DNA of 64,000 nucleotides from Flavobacteriales bacterium (GTDB lineage: Bacteria > Bacteroidota > Bacteroidia > Flavobacteriales_F > PHOS-HE28), in contig JAEUSV010000120.1 of NCBI GenBank assembly GCA_016788485.1, positions 53,744-117,743 on the forward strand, in the 5' to 3' direction. The notes beneath the pieces are model-generated. The model was not told the DNA's origin. It saw only the letters and a list, made by a program, of their open reading frames with translations, and searched no databases. Positions 29,101 to 37,337 of this stretch are shown here, in pieces. The translations under genes and the position numbers were made by a program. The stretch's first letter is position 1. The number at the start of each line of letters is the position of its first letter.

Positions 29101-29336
29101 TCACCCCGCTCAACAGCGAACGCACCGAGACCGGCAAGATCCGCTACACCACGGGTGTGTTCCTCGACCTGGACAAGGCCCGTACGCGCAAGGATGAGGC
29201 GGTGGGGCTCGGTGTGAAGGACGCCTTCATCACGGCCTACCTCAACGGCAAGCGCATCCCCATGCGCGATGCACGGGCCCTGCTGCAGAAGTTCGGCCCG
29301 AGCGTGCTCGCCGATCCGTCCATCGCCACCCGCTGA
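23109..29336 (+). CDS. giant (2075-aa) envelope protein: signal peptide, TPR, TolB/PD40-like repeats, CarbopepD_reg-like domain, ~1300-aa Ala/Gln/Glu/Arg-rich coiled-coil, and two C-terminal SPOR-like repeats
   Basis: Its ATG at 23109 overlaps the plsY TGA in an ATGA arrangement; an alternative in-frame ATG lies at 23157. The N-terminal ~440 aa resemble the TPR + PD40 + CarbopepD_reg part of Bacteroidota OmpA-family proteins (IYFSSLGKDGRTGKDIY, ADGRYFYFASKGHNSMGGYDVF, VNITVLKGTY...NGNYVLALPRSGRYRFVVEA). Residues ~480-1800 are heptad-like charged and Ala-rich sequence. The C-terminus carries two ~75-aa repeats of VFKVQVGAF.../LFFTVQVGVY... form, at about 28551-28775 and 29033-29270. Confidence 0.7.
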   Translation: MKPSGPLDRIRAHSQLMNRFTGMLFALAVPLLGLAQGGDLQLRAKADALFAEGRFAEAYPLYSQLVSLTPSDRELNYRFGACTLYGGDDKEKAIGHLKYAVEGPSAPPLAWYFLGRSYHVSYRFKEALVAYERYKGTADKKTLTQYPADALEQQCRNGQQLLSNLKDIEVHSKLEVEAAEFFRFYDLAGIGGRIVVTPDELRSSLDKKSDFRSLIYLPEKPGPIYFSSLGKDGRTGKDIYRTELLATGQFAEPQKLAGYVNTDQDEDHPFLSADGRYFYFASKGHNSMGGYDVFRASYDKGLDVFGAPENLDFAVNTPDDDILYMVDAEGKQACFASGRSSHQGMLHVYRVSTAQTPVNITVLKGTYASQYDANDRKAHLVVEDALTREKVADVRTDQNGNYVLALPRSGRYRFVVEAGPSGRTHVGQVEVPRSDSPKAYRQEMSLVDQAGQEKLMIRNYFEEPLAEDLIALALEEIKRRAALDVTGSRPEVPAPAAEPAPVADVMTAAGFTGDVSKEQAVQLAKDDARALEQETEQLQAMSAEAFRIAEANAAESDRLGTEAASLVAQASAATDEQQRNGLMAQAARTRQFANEARQRSQAALGAARSLDTRRMATATAAQNAQRLSTELTAAIGANDRDRTVAQLSALKARMDVKNGPDGGIDAREEARRSATQAAQDADKVLQRSQSVSNEETELVERIDRLKREQADAGRARKEELGREITTLEEQLGYLREEKMQAVGKARAAQQQAAIAQGQATLVAALAEGTRTAAPAPDAARMAALEGTLGKNAQRMQDLAIDERYDAAVAVERAGSAQHTFDWKLQGDGPATAQGNMPTQTGTGQRVDGEMMAANTVTMEAPAAGDRTLNTAQVPPANTGEVPVSEVRGEEGGGRPPTQHAEGAPAVTTAVVVATAVAANAASNGEQQGEGRPPVQEEQPPAGEIAVAEPVPSRTEEELVSMRGAGQVDTSSASEPPVDEASFMAANELAELKQLRNAEKNRARRDSLDQRIAAIEKGMQADDRPAVVEQASDRDEEPVTGTARAFEASIASPQLDALLVPDHAADVQRIAEGTLAPADKAVVLHGLELVVVDSIEAETARQLALLDTDPTLATEVLPRVERLRQLKEEHVKRADEILAASQQQYVAQESRTMEQQAQAAVDAQATPSAQPVVVQAGQGGGTTHVDRYVSVSPSTEFVYESVVEHRNPAVAEAVAEKDRDLMRIADLGDRIDSLEDVLEEMPKGREYDKLRTQADRMIDEEVILRTELGQRMAYISREEMRLAEDSLREVGSLVTARGIAADEPLVLLAEEFRKEAAAQTQEAATKRKQADRSEDILERDRLYREAYEAELQALRSMDQAITVKNHLLGADHVAGERLTYAEVEQRMFASAEAAPMADGNAAGTVAPKGLVETGVRVVPTTDTTGTDPATMPANMALYQRFLSEDEPALKPSELITVDASAIALESSQARQQASALEQRSNELGDRAIALRDSAATARKRDREQLETEALRAQQLSDSLHQASLAMEQRAQVLDQRQREVEEARAFNERLKKFYYLGGEEQLVVMNEADHSRYFMARSLSLEQQQRAMADGEEALAGRQLSDTLVAQAARLLAEPDRADGSLSPERMAQAQRLNERAVELHDRSDSLSASAERLKSAADLNDRQATLLLQGMATDRSTEVMALEQRTRRVDPLIARSRALIAQVDSIKAREAALAQQQGGAPAGAAPANAAQAPAGAVAQEAVRPPAGAPGTDVAAVTRPTEPVVPAATERAVPDPVAPAPGAFVAPEVLTTDIFGFKEAGAAPAPIAKDQPMPKGVVFKVQVGAFKNDIPQELFSDMMPVMGETTASGVTRYTAGLFNTPEAAEKARALVRERGYRDAFVVAYIDGGRVPMTQAVKAMAPLPGAVAAAQPEPATRPAAVIQAPATAVAAPDDAQVLATYPPTAEELLGQFAPPADATAYYNDPTAAPARQVETVKGLFFTVQVGVYSKPTALDKLFNITPLNSERTETGKIRYTTGVFLDLDKARTRKDEAVGLGVKDAFITAYLNGKRIPMRDARALLQKFGPSVLADPSIATR

Positions 29337-29385
29337 CCGCAAAGGGTGCCCGGGCCTTATTTTTGGGCTTTCATCCCTGGCGCCC

Positions 29386-29667
29386 ATGGGTCACCTGTTC
29401 TCACCGGAGGAAGCGCTGCTCGAGGAGGTCCTTTGCGAGACCGGCCCCGTGCGCGAGCTCATCCTGCACAACGACGATGTGAACACCTTCGATCATGTGA
29501 TCGAATGCCTGGTCGAGATCTGCGGGCACGACCCCATCCAGGCCGAGCAGTGCGCGTGGATCGTGCATTACAATGGCAAGTGCAGTGTGAAGCGCGGCAC
29601 GTTCGACAACCTCGAGCCCCGGTGCACCGCCCTGCTCGACCGCGGGCTCAGCGCCACCATCCAATGA
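29386..29667 (+). CDS. clpS: ATP-dependent Clp protease adaptor ClpS
   Basis: The start was re-picked at MGHLFSPEE. The ~93-aa protein reads ILHNDDVNTFDHVIECLVEICGH...AEQCAWIVHYNGKCSV. Confidence 0.85.
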   Translation: MGHLFSPEEALLEEVLCETGPVRELILHNDDVNTFDHVIECLVEICGHDPIQAEQCAWIVHYNGKCSVKRGTFDNLEPRCTALLDRGLSATIQ

Positions 29668-30473
29668 GCGGCGTCCGCACCTTCCGCGTGGCCGCCGTGC
29701 TGGCCCTCGTGCTGCTGGTGCATGCCTGTGCCAAGGTGCCCATCACCGGGCGCCGCCAGCTGCACCTGATCGATGAGGGGCAGATGATGGGCATGGCGCT
29801 CACCCAGTACGAGGCCTTCCTTCAGGAGCATCCGCCGCTGCCGGACAGCGACGCGCGCGTGAAACAGGTGCGCCGCATCGGCGAGCGCCTGGCCGCGGCC
29901 GCCACCACCTACCTGAACGAGCACCGCGCCGGCTCGCGCGTGGAGGGCTTCCAGTGGTCCTTCAACGTCGTGAACGATGCCACCGTGAACGCCTGGTGCA
30001 TGCCCGGCGGCAAGGTGGTGGTGTACACCGGGATCCTGCCGGTGACACAGGACGAGGCCGGGCTGGCCGTGGTGATGGGGCACGAGATCGCGCACGCCAT
30101 CGCACGCCATGGCAACGAGCGCATGAGCCAGGCCATGGCCGTGGAGGGCGCGGGCACCACGCTCGACGTGTTCACCTCCCAGAAGCCCGGTTACGCGCGC
30201 GACCTTTTCATGCAGAGCTACGGCATCGGTTCGCAGCTGGGCATGCTGGCCTACAGCCGCAAGCACGAGACCGAGGCCGACAAGATGGGGCTCGTGTTCA
30301 TGGCCATGGCGGGGTACGACCCGCGCACCGCCCCCACCTTCTGGCAGCGCATGGCAGCCCAGGGCGGTGGTGGCCAGCCGGAGTTCCTGAGCACGCACCC
30401 GAGCGACGAGACCCGGGTGCGCGACCTGGAGGCCTTCATGCCCGAGGCCTTGAAGTACTACAAGCAGCCCTGA
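29664..30473 (+). CDS. M48-family zinc metallopeptidase (lipoprotein)
   Basis: Its ATG overlaps the clpS TGA in an ATGA arrangement. It has a signal peptide with a Cys (LLVHAC). The HEIAHAIARH zincin motif is present, followed by a downstream E(TEADK). Confidence 0.8.
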   Translation: MSGVRTFRVAAVLALVLLVHACAKVPITGRRQLHLIDEGQMMGMALTQYEAFLQEHPPLPDSDARVKQVRRIGERLAAAATTYLNEHRAGSRVEGFQWSFNVVNDATVNAWCMPGGKVVVYTGILPVTQDEAGLAVVMGHEIAHAIARHGNERMSQAMAVEGAGTTLDVFTSQKPGYARDLFMQSYGIGSQLGMLAYSRKHETEADKMGLVFMAMAGYDPRTAPTFWQRMAAQGGGGQPEFLSTHPSDETRVRDLEAFMPEALKYYKQP

Positions 30474-30495
30474 TCAACGGGCGCCCACCTGCACC

Positions 30496-31245
30496 ATGCG
30501 CGGCACGCTCCACCGGTCGTTCGCCCGTGTGCGGCAGTGGGCGACATCGGCGCTGTGGCCGTTCTTCCTGCGGAGCCTCCGCCTCACCGTGAAGGTGGCC
30601 GGCACCGCAGCCCTGGTGCTGATCGTCCTGGCCTGCACCCGGCTGCCGTTCGATGCCCACCGGGCCCTGGGTACGTCCTGTGCCTGCACGCAGGAGCCGC
30701 AGGCCGTGGTGGTACTGGGCGGAAGCGGCATGCCTTCGGGACCGGAACTGCGCCGCCTGCAGCATGGCGCCATGCTGGCGAACGCGTTGCCCGCGGTACC
30801 GGTGTTCGTCGTCCACCCGCCCGACACCGGCGTCATGCGGCAGATGGTGGACGAGCTCGTGCTGCGAGGGGTGGAACGCGGGCGGATCACCGCTGTGCTG
30901 CACGGGACCAACACGCGCGAGCAGGCCCTGGCCATGGTGCGGCTGCATCCGGAGCTTGCCGGACGCCGGATCGCCCTGGTGACGGCACCGGAGAACATGT
31001 TCCGCAGTGTGCGCACCTTCCGCCGGGCAGGATGCCCGCAGGTCTGTGGCGAGCCGGCCTGGGACAACCCCATGTTCATCGACCTGGCCTATGGCCACAG
31101 GCGCATCGGCGGCAAGGCCTGGATGCCCGATGTGAGCGGGGAGACCGGCCTGCGCTACACCTTCTGGAACTACCTGAAACTGGAGGTGACCTGCCTGCGG
31201 GAGTACGTGGCCATCGGCTACTACTGGTTGAACGGGTGGATCTGA
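30496..31245 (+). CDS. YdcF/ElyC/SanA-family (DUF218) protein
   Basis: The 249-aa ORF has an N-terminal TM segment and a DUF218-like core (VVVLGGSGMPSGPE...IALVTAPENMFRSVRTF). Confidence 0.65.
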   Translation: MRGTLHRSFARVRQWATSALWPFFLRSLRLTVKVAGTAALVLIVLACTRLPFDAHRALGTSCACTQEPQAVVVLGGSGMPSGPELRRLQHGAMLANALPAVPVFVVHPPDTGVMRQMVDELVLRGVERGRITAVLHGTNTREQALAMVRLHPELAGRRIALVTAPENMFRSVRTFRRAGCPQVCGEPAWDNPMFIDLAYGHRRIGGKAWMPDVSGETGLRYTFWNYLKLEVTCLREYVAIGYYWLNGWI

Positions 31246-31298
31246 AGCCCACTTGTGATCATTTCAGGAGGATGTCTATCTTCGCAGCCGCTTTTCAA

Positions 31299-31372
31299 GG
31301 ACCCGTAGCTCAATTGGATAGAGCATCTGACTACGGATCAGAAGGTTTGGGGTTCGAATCCCTACGGGTCCG
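31299..31372 (+). tRNA. tRNA-Arg (anticodon ACG)
   Basis: Cloverleaf by eye: acceptor GGACCCG/CGGGTCC, D-arm TAGCTCAATTGGATAGAGCA, anticodon stem TCTGA/TCAGA with loop CTACGGA, and T-arm GGGGTTCGAATCCCT. No CCA is encoded. Confidence 0.85.
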
Positions 31373-31381
31373 CTGAAGCAG

Positions 31382-31415
31382 GAAGGCCTCCACATCGGAG
31401 GCCTTCTTCGTTCCT
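31382..31415 (+). terminator. Rho-independent terminator after tRNA-Arg
   Basis: A perfect 10-bp stem GAAGGCCTCC with loop ACATC and partner GGAGGCCTTC is followed by a T-rich tract (TTCGTTCCTT). Confidence 0.6.
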
Positions 31416-31421
31416 TGCGGC

Positions 31422-32846
31422 GTGGTCCGCACCGAAGGCGCCCCTTCCGGCCCCCTGGTCCGCAGCGCCTGGCCGCTGCCGCCGCTGCTCGCCCTGGCCT
31501 GGTGCCTGGCCGTGGGGCATCAGGGCCTGCACGGACAGGACGGCCACGACTACCTGCGGGTGGCGCGTGCCTGGGCCGCCTGGCTTCATGGAGGGCCCAC
31601 GCCCGAAGCGACCGAGCATCCGCAGGCCTTTCCCTTCCTCGGAGCGCTGCTCGGCACCACTACCGGTGACCCCTTGAGCGCCTTGCGGATCCTGGCCTTC
31701 GCCGCCCTGCCGGCCATCGTACTGCTCATGGGACGGACCCTGCGCCGGCAGGCTGGCGGACCGTGGGCCGGCATGCTGCTGCTGGTGGCCTCGAGCCCCT
31801 TCCTGCTGCGCCACGCCTGCACGGTGATGAGCGACCTGCCCGCCCTCGCCTGGTGCGCGGGCGGCTGGGCCTGCCTGGTGCGGTGGGACCAAGAACGCCG
31901 ACCGCTGAGCGCGCTGCTTTTCGTCCTGCTCGCCGCCGCGGCCTGCCTTACGCGGTACGCCGCGGCACCCCTTCTGGTGGGCGGTGTCGTGGCCGTGCTG
32001 TGGCCGCACGTGCGCCCGGTGGTGCGATGGGCGGGTGTCGCGGTGCTCCTTGTCGGGTTCACGCTGCTCGCGGCGATGGCCGAGGAGCATGTGTGGCGCT
32101 TCACCCGCACCGATACCCCCCTGGTCGGCTGGTCTCCGCTCAACGCGTTGCGCACCGTGCTTCACAGCGATGATGGCGAGCTGCGGTATGCCGTGCCCAA
32201 TGCCATCAACGTGCTCAAGGTGTTCGTGCATCCGGGCTTCCTGCTGCTGGGTCCGGTGCTCCTGCCGTTCGTTCGTCGAGGCGACCTGCGGGCCGGTCCG
32301 CAGCGGATCGCCCTGGGCATGACGGTGGGCTACCTCCTGTTCGTCGCGGGCATTCCGTTCCAGAACGACCGTGTGCTGCTGTTGGCCCAGCCCTTCGTGG
32401 CCGTGCTGTTCATGCCGGCGTTGCACCGGGCGGTCGCCTGGACCCGCGACCGGTGGAAGGCAGCGAGGCTGCTGCTGGTCGCGGTGGTGCTGGTGCAATC
32501 CGCCCTGTTCGTTCGTGCCATGCTGCCGTTCATGCGGCAGGAGCTGCTGGAGCGCCATTGGGCGTCGGCGGTGTGTGCGACCGGGGCATCGCGGGTCTAC
32601 ACCCATGGCCTGGGCGGTGCGATCACCTCATGGTGCCCGCGGATCCAGGTCACCGAGCTGTGGTATGCGCCCATCGAGCGGTTCGAGCCCGGGGCGCTGG
32701 TGCTCGTGCAGCCCTTTGTGCTGCGCCACCAATGGACGGGCCTCAACCCATGGACCAACTACCTGCGCGCGCAGCGACAAGGGCTACGCACGATGGTGGA
32801 AGGTCCGGACGGATGGGCGCTGTTCGAGGTGAGGGCGGTGCGCTGA
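31422..32846 (+). CDS. polytopic membrane protein, possibly a GT-C-type (ArnT/PMT-like) glycosyltransferase
   Basis: The 474-aa ORF has 10 or more hydrophobic helices. The assignment rests on architecture only; no catalytic motif was confidently seen. Confidence 0.4.
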   Translation: MVRTEGAPSGPLVRSAWPLPPLLALAWCLAVGHQGLHGQDGHDYLRVARAWAAWLHGGPTPEATEHPQAFPFLGALLGTTTGDPLSALRILAFAALPAIVLLMGRTLRRQAGGPWAGMLLLVASSPFLLRHACTVMSDLPALAWCAGGWACLVRWDQERRPLSALLFVLLAAAACLTRYAAAPLLVGGVVAVLWPHVRPVVRWAGVAVLLVGFTLLAAMAEEHVWRFTRTDTPLVGWSPLNALRTVLHSDDGELRYAVPNAINVLKVFVHPGFLLLGPVLLPFVRRGDLRAGPQRIALGMTVGYLLFVAGIPFQNDRVLLLAQPFVAVLFMPALHRAVAWTRDRWKAARLLLVAVVLVQSALFVRAMLPFMRQELLERHWASAVCATGASRVYTHGLGGAITSWCPRIQVTELWYAPIERFEPGALVLVQPFVLRHQWTGLNPWTNYLRAQRQGLRTMVEGPDGWALFEVRAVR

Positions 32847-32850
32847 GCGT

Positions 32851-33462
32851 TCATCCCCACACCAGCTCCGTGGGCGGCTGCTTCCAGCGCTTCCACACGA
32901 AGGCGGCGAACAAGGCCGAGATCAGCAGCCCGATGACCAGGCTGCCCACAGGGCCGAGCGTTTCGGCCACGCCCCAGATGATCACCTTCAACCAGGCCCT
33001 GCGTCCGCCCACATGGATGTTGCCGCCGGCCTCGATCTGCTTCGCCGCGCTGTAGGTGATGCCTGTGAGCGCCAGGCTCACCAGCAGCCCGATGACCCCG
33101 TTGCCGATGGCGCGCCAACGCCCGGCCGCACGCTCCATCGGCCGCAGGTTGCGGGCTGCGGCCACATGTTCCGCCAGGCGGCGCGCATCTTCCTCCGAAC
33201 TGCACTCCAAGGCGATCTTGTCCGAGCCGCCCTTTTCCGCCAGCCACTCGAACCGCACGGTATCGTCGCCATGCAGCATGCTCACCTGGCCGATGGCGGC
33301 GATGGGGATGCGCTTCTGGCTTTCGAGCATTCCTTTCTTCTCCAGTGCATCGAGGAACGACACCGGCGAGTCGTGCCGTTTGGAGCTCAGGTTGATGTTG
33401 CCTTGGGCCACCATCAGGGCCTTCCACTTGTCGTCGTCGAGCCGGATCACCAGGTTCTCCAT
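32851..33462 (-). CDS. hypothetical membrane protein (soluble N-domain plus two C-terminal TM helices)
   Basis: The 203-aa ORF lies 20 nt downstream of the small membrane ORF at 33482-33718 on the same strand. Confidence 0.45.
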   Translation of the reverse strand: MENLVIRLDDDKWKALMVAQGNINLSSKRHDSPVSFLDALEKKGMLESQKRIPIAAIGQVSMLHGDDTVRFEWLAEKGGSDKIALECSSEEDARRLAEHVAAARNLRPMERAAGRWRAIGNGVIGLLVSLALTGITYSAAKQIEAGGNIHVGGRRAWLKVIIWGVAETLGPVGSLVIGLLISALFAAFVWKRWKQPPTELVWG

Positions 33463-33481
33463 GGTCGTTGTTCCGAGGGGT

Positions 33482-33718
33482 TCAGTGTTCGCGTTTCAGG
33501 GCGCGCACCAGGTTGGGCAGGGTGAACACGCACCACGCGCATTCGAGGATGATGAAGCCCCACTGCATGGCGCGCACCGCATCGTAGGCGAGCAGCGCGG
33601 CGCCCACGAGGTTCAGGCCGAGGTAGGGCACCGAATCGCCCTTCAAGCGGCCCGTCTGCAACAGGGCATAGGCGAGCAGCAGCAGGGCCGCACCGATGAG
33701 CTGGGGGAGCTGGGACAT
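33482..33718 (-). CDS. small two-TM membrane protein
   Basis: The 78-aa ORF contains LIGAALLLLAYALL and LVGAALLAYDAV helices. It is divergent from ychF. Confidence 0.4.
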   Translation of the reverse strand: MSQLPQLIGAALLLLAYALLQTGRLKGDSVPYLGLNLVGAALLAYDAVRAMQWGFIILECAWCVFTLPNLVRALKREH

Positions 33719-33778
33719 GCGGCCAAGATAGCCGGGCGTGGGAAGGGCCTATCTTCGCGCGATTTTTTTCCAAGGACC

Positions 33779-34876
33779 ATGGGATTGAAATGCGGCATCG
33801 TCGGCCTGCCCAACGTGGGCAAGAGCACCCTGTTCAACTGCCTCAGCAACGCGAAAGCGCAGGCGGCGAACTTCCCCTTCTGCACCATTGAGCCCAACGT
33901 GGGCACCATCACCGTGCCCGATGCGCGCCTCAACAAGCTCGCCGAGCTGGTGAAGCCCCAGCGCATCGTGCCCACCACCGTGGAGATCGTCGACATCGCC
34001 GGCCTGGTGAAGGGCGCCAGCAAGGGCGAGGGCCTGGGCAACCAGTTCCTCGGCAACATCCGCGAGTGCGATGCCATCCTGCACGTGCTCCGCTGCTTCG
34101 ACGACCCCAACGTGGTGCACGTGGACGGCAGCGTGGACCCCGTGCGCGACAAGGAGGTGATCGACATCGAGCTGCAGCTGAAGGACCTGGAGACCGTTGA
34201 GCAGCGCATCAAGAAGGTGGAGAAGCAGGCCCAGATCGGGGAGAAGGAGGCCAAGCGCCGCTTCGACCTGCTGAGCCGGATCCGCGAGGCCCTGCTGAAG
34301 GGACAGAGCGCCCGCACGGTGATCACCGGCAACGACGACCCCGCGCTGGTCAACGAGTTCCAGCTGCTCACCACCAAGCCCGTGCTCTACGTGTGCAACG
34401 TGGAGGAGAAGAGCGCGCTCACCGGCAATGCCTACGTGGACAAGGTGAAGGCCGCCGTGGCCAACGAGAACGCCGAGGTCATCTTCGTCACCGCCGCCAT
34501 CGAGGCCGAGATCGCCAGCCTGGAGACGCCCGAGGAGCGCGAGATGTTCCTGAAGGACATGGGCCTCGATGAGCCCGGGGTGAACAAGCTGATCCGCGCC
34601 GCCTACCACCTGCTGAAGCTGCAGACCTACTTCACCGCCGGCGTACAGGAGGTGCGCGCCTGGACCATCCACCAGGGCGACACGGGCCCCAAGGCGGCCG
34701 GGGTGATCCACACCGATTTCGAGAAGGGCTACATCCGCGCCGAGGTGATCGGCTACGACGACTATGTGGCCCTGGGCAGCGAGGCCGCCTGCCGCGCCGC
34801 CGGCAAGCTGCGCACCGAAGGGAAGGAGTACATCGTGAAGGACGGGGATGTGATGCACTTCCTCTTCAACGTGTAG
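33779..34876 (+). CDS. ychF: redox-regulated ribosome-binding ATPase YchF
   Basis: The start was re-picked at MGLKCGIVGLPNVGKSTLFN. G1-G4 motifs and the C-terminal TGS domain (KDGDVMHFLFNV) are present. Confidence 0.9.
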   Translation: MGLKCGIVGLPNVGKSTLFNCLSNAKAQAANFPFCTIEPNVGTITVPDARLNKLAELVKPQRIVPTTVEIVDIAGLVKGASKGEGLGNQFLGNIRECDAILHVLRCFDDPNVVHVDGSVDPVRDKEVIDIELQLKDLETVEQRIKKVEKQAQIGEKEAKRRFDLLSRIREALLKGQSARTVITGNDDPALVNEFQLLTTKPVLYVCNVEEKSALTGNAYVDKVKAAVANENAEVIFVTAAIEAEIASLETPEEREMFLKDMGLDEPGVNKLIRAAYHLLKLQTYFTAGVQEVRAWTIHQGDTGPKAAGVIHTDFEKGYIRAEVIGYDDYVALGSEAACRAAGKLRTEGKEYIVKDGDVMHFLFNV

Positions 34877-35017
34877 GTCCGGACCACAGACATTCCTGCC
34901 CGTGAACGGTCCGTGTTCGGGCCACGCGGAGCGCTGCAGGCTTCACCGACCTGTGCATGGCAGGTCATGGCGCGAGGGCTTTCGGCGCGGTTACCTTGCG
35001 GGCCATTTTCCGGAACC

Positions 35018-37147
35018 ATGCAACGAACGCTCCTGCCGATCACGGCCGTGATCCTGCTGGCCGCCTGTTCCCAGGCCCCTGAAACCGCGAAGAACACCAT
35101 GGAGACCTCCACCGCCAACCCCCTGCTCGTCCCCAGCGACCTGCCGTTCCACGCCCCCGACTTCCGCACGTTCAAGGATGCCGACTTCCGGCCGGCGATC
35201 CTGGAGGCCATGGAGCGCCACATGGCCGAGATCGACGCCATTGCGAACAGCGCCGAGCCGCCCACGTTCGAGAACACCATCGTGGCCTTGGAGAAGAGCG
35301 GTCAGGACCTGGGCCGTGTGACGGCCATCTTTTATAACCTCACGGGCAGCGCCACGAACGACAGCCTGCAGGCCGTGAAGGCCGACCTGGCCCCGAGGCT
35401 CACCGCCCACGGTGATGCGATCACCCTCAACGCCAAGCTCTTCGCGCGCATCAAGGCCGTGCACGACCAGCGCCCATCGATGGCCATGGAACCGGTGGAT
35501 GCCCGCTTGCTCGAGCGGTACTACACCCGTTTCGTGCGCGCCGGTGCCCTGCTCGACGATGCCGGCAAGGAGCGGATGAAGAAGCTGAACGAGGAGGAGG
35601 CCAACCTCATCGCCAAGTTCGAGGACAACATCCTGAAGGAGCGCTCGGCCTCGTCCATCGTCGTCGACGATGTGAAGCAGCTGGAGGGCATGAGCCCCGA
35701 GGGCATCGATGCCGCCGCCGCCGCCGCGAAGGCGAAAGGGCAGGAGGGCAAGTGGCTCATCGACCTGCGCAACACCACCACGCAGCCGGCCCTCGCCGAG
35801 CTGAAGGACCGCGCCCTGCGCGAGCGCATCATGCAGGCCTCGCTCGCCCGCAACGGCCGTGGGAATGCGTTCGACAACAAGGCCATCATCGCCCGACTTG
35901 CCCAACTGCGCTCGCAGAAAGCCAAGCTGTTGGGCTTCCCCAGCTGGGCGCATTACGTGATGGACGACCAGATGGCCAAGGGCCCGGACCAGGCGCTGAA
36001 GCTCATGGCCGACATGGCGCCCGCCGCAGCGGCCAATGCCCGCAAGGAGGCCGCCAAGCTGCAGGCCATCGTGGACCGCCAGGGCGGGGGCTTCAAGGTG
36101 TCCGCGGCCGATTGGGACCTGTACGCCGAGCAGGTGCGCAAGGCCGAGTTCGACCTCGATGAGGCGGCCGTGAAACCCTACCTCGAGTTCGAGAGCGTGC
36201 TGCAGAACGGCGTGTTCTTCGCGGCCAACAAGCTCTTCGGCCTCAGCTTCAAGGAGCGGAAGGACCTGCCGGTGTACCACCCGGACGTGCGCGTGTTCGA
36301 CATCATCGACACCAACGGCACCGCGATTGGCCTGTTCTACGGCGATTACTACGCCCGCGACAACAAGAACGGCGGTGCGTGGATGAGCAGCTTCATCGAC
36401 CAGAGCACCCTGCTGGGCCAGCAGCCCGTGATCACTCAGAACTGCAACTACGTGAAGCCCGCCGCGGGCCAGCCCTGCCTGCTGAGCTGGGACGACGTGA
36501 CCACGCTCTTCCACGAGTTCGGCCACGCCCTGCACGGCATGCTCAGCGCGCAGAAGTACCCGAAGTTCGCCGGCACCAACACCAGCACCGACTTCGTGGA
36601 GTTCCCCAGCCAGGTGAACGAGAACTGGGCCCTGCTGCCCGAGGTGCTCAACAACTACGCGAAGCACTGGAGGACCGGGGAGGTGATGCCCGAGGCCCTC
36701 TCGGCGAAGCTGCGCAAGGCGAAGACCTTCAACCAGGGCTACGCCACCACCGAGTACCTGGCCGCCGCCCTGCTCGACCTGGAGTGGCACAGCCTGAGCG
36801 CGGACGCCCCGTTGGTGACCGACGTCGACGCCTTCGAGAAGGCCGCGCTGCAGAAGTACGGGCTCGACATCGCGGAGGTGCCTCCGCGCTACCGCAGCGC
36901 ATACTTCAGCCACTGCTGGACCGGTTATGCCGCCAACTACTACGCCTACCTCTGGAGCGAGGTGATGGACGCCGACGCCTTCGCCTGGTTCATGGCCAAC
37001 GGCGGCATGACCCGCGCCAACGGCGACAAGCTGCGCAACACCGTGCTGAGCCAGGGGGGCAGCAAGCCCGAGGCCGAGCTCTACCGCGACCTCACCGGAC
37101 GCGATCCCGCCGTGGAGCCGCTGCTGGTGAAGCGGGGGCTGAGGTAG
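35018..37147 (+). CDS. dcp: M3-family peptidyl-dipeptidase (Dcp / oligopeptidase A-like)
   Basis: The start was re-picked at MQRTLLPITAVILLAAC, a lipoprotein-type signal. The HEFGHALH zinc motif is present, and the length is ~700 aa. Confidence 0.85.
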   Translation: MQRTLLPITAVILLAACSQAPETAKNTMETSTANPLLVPSDLPFHAPDFRTFKDADFRPAILEAMERHMAEIDAIANSAEPPTFENTIVALEKSGQDLGRVTAIFYNLTGSATNDSLQAVKADLAPRLTAHGDAITLNAKLFARIKAVHDQRPSMAMEPVDARLLERYYTRFVRAGALLDDAGKERMKKLNEEEANLIAKFEDNILKERSASSIVVDDVKQLEGMSPEGIDAAAAAAKAKGQEGKWLIDLRNTTTQPALAELKDRALRERIMQASLARNGRGNAFDNKAIIARLAQLRSQKAKLLGFPSWAHYVMDDQMAKGPDQALKLMADMAPAAAANARKEAAKLQAIVDRQGGGFKVSAADWDLYAEQVRKAEFDLDEAAVKPYLEFESVLQNGVFFAANKLFGLSFKERKDLPVYHPDVRVFDIIDTNGTAIGLFYGDYYARDNKNGGAWMSSFIDQSTLLGQQPVITQNCNYVKPAAGQPCLLSWDDVTTLFHEFGHALHGMLSAQKYPKFAGTNTSTDFVEFPSQVNENWALLPEVLNNYAKHWRTGEVMPEALSAKLRKAKTFNQGYATTEYLAAALLDLEWHSLSADAPLVTDVDAFEKAALQKYGLDIAEVPPRYRSAYFSHCWTGYAANYYAYLWSEVMDADAFAWFMANGGMTRANGDKLRNTVLSQGGSKPEAELYRDLTGRDPAVEPLLVKRGLR

Positions 37148-37337
37148 GGGACGCGCGTCGGGGTGGGAAGCACCGGCCATCTGCCGGGAAGGCCCGCCGT
37201 TCCTGGTGATCGTGTTGAAAACTACCCCCGATCGTTGATAAGCCGGTCGGGAGCAGGCAGCAAGCCCCTACGGGGTGGGGCTAACTTCGCTGCGTCCTTA
37301 CGGAACCCTTGACACCAGCGGGTTTCCAGCACGAACG

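Noticed and set aside
24414-29387. Two long reverse-strand ORFs (24414-26657 and 26679-29387) opposite the giant coiled-coil gene
   Set aside because: They are GC-rich shadow frames of GCC/GAG/CAG-rich coding sequence. They are extremely R/G/H/L-rich, with no start context or domain.
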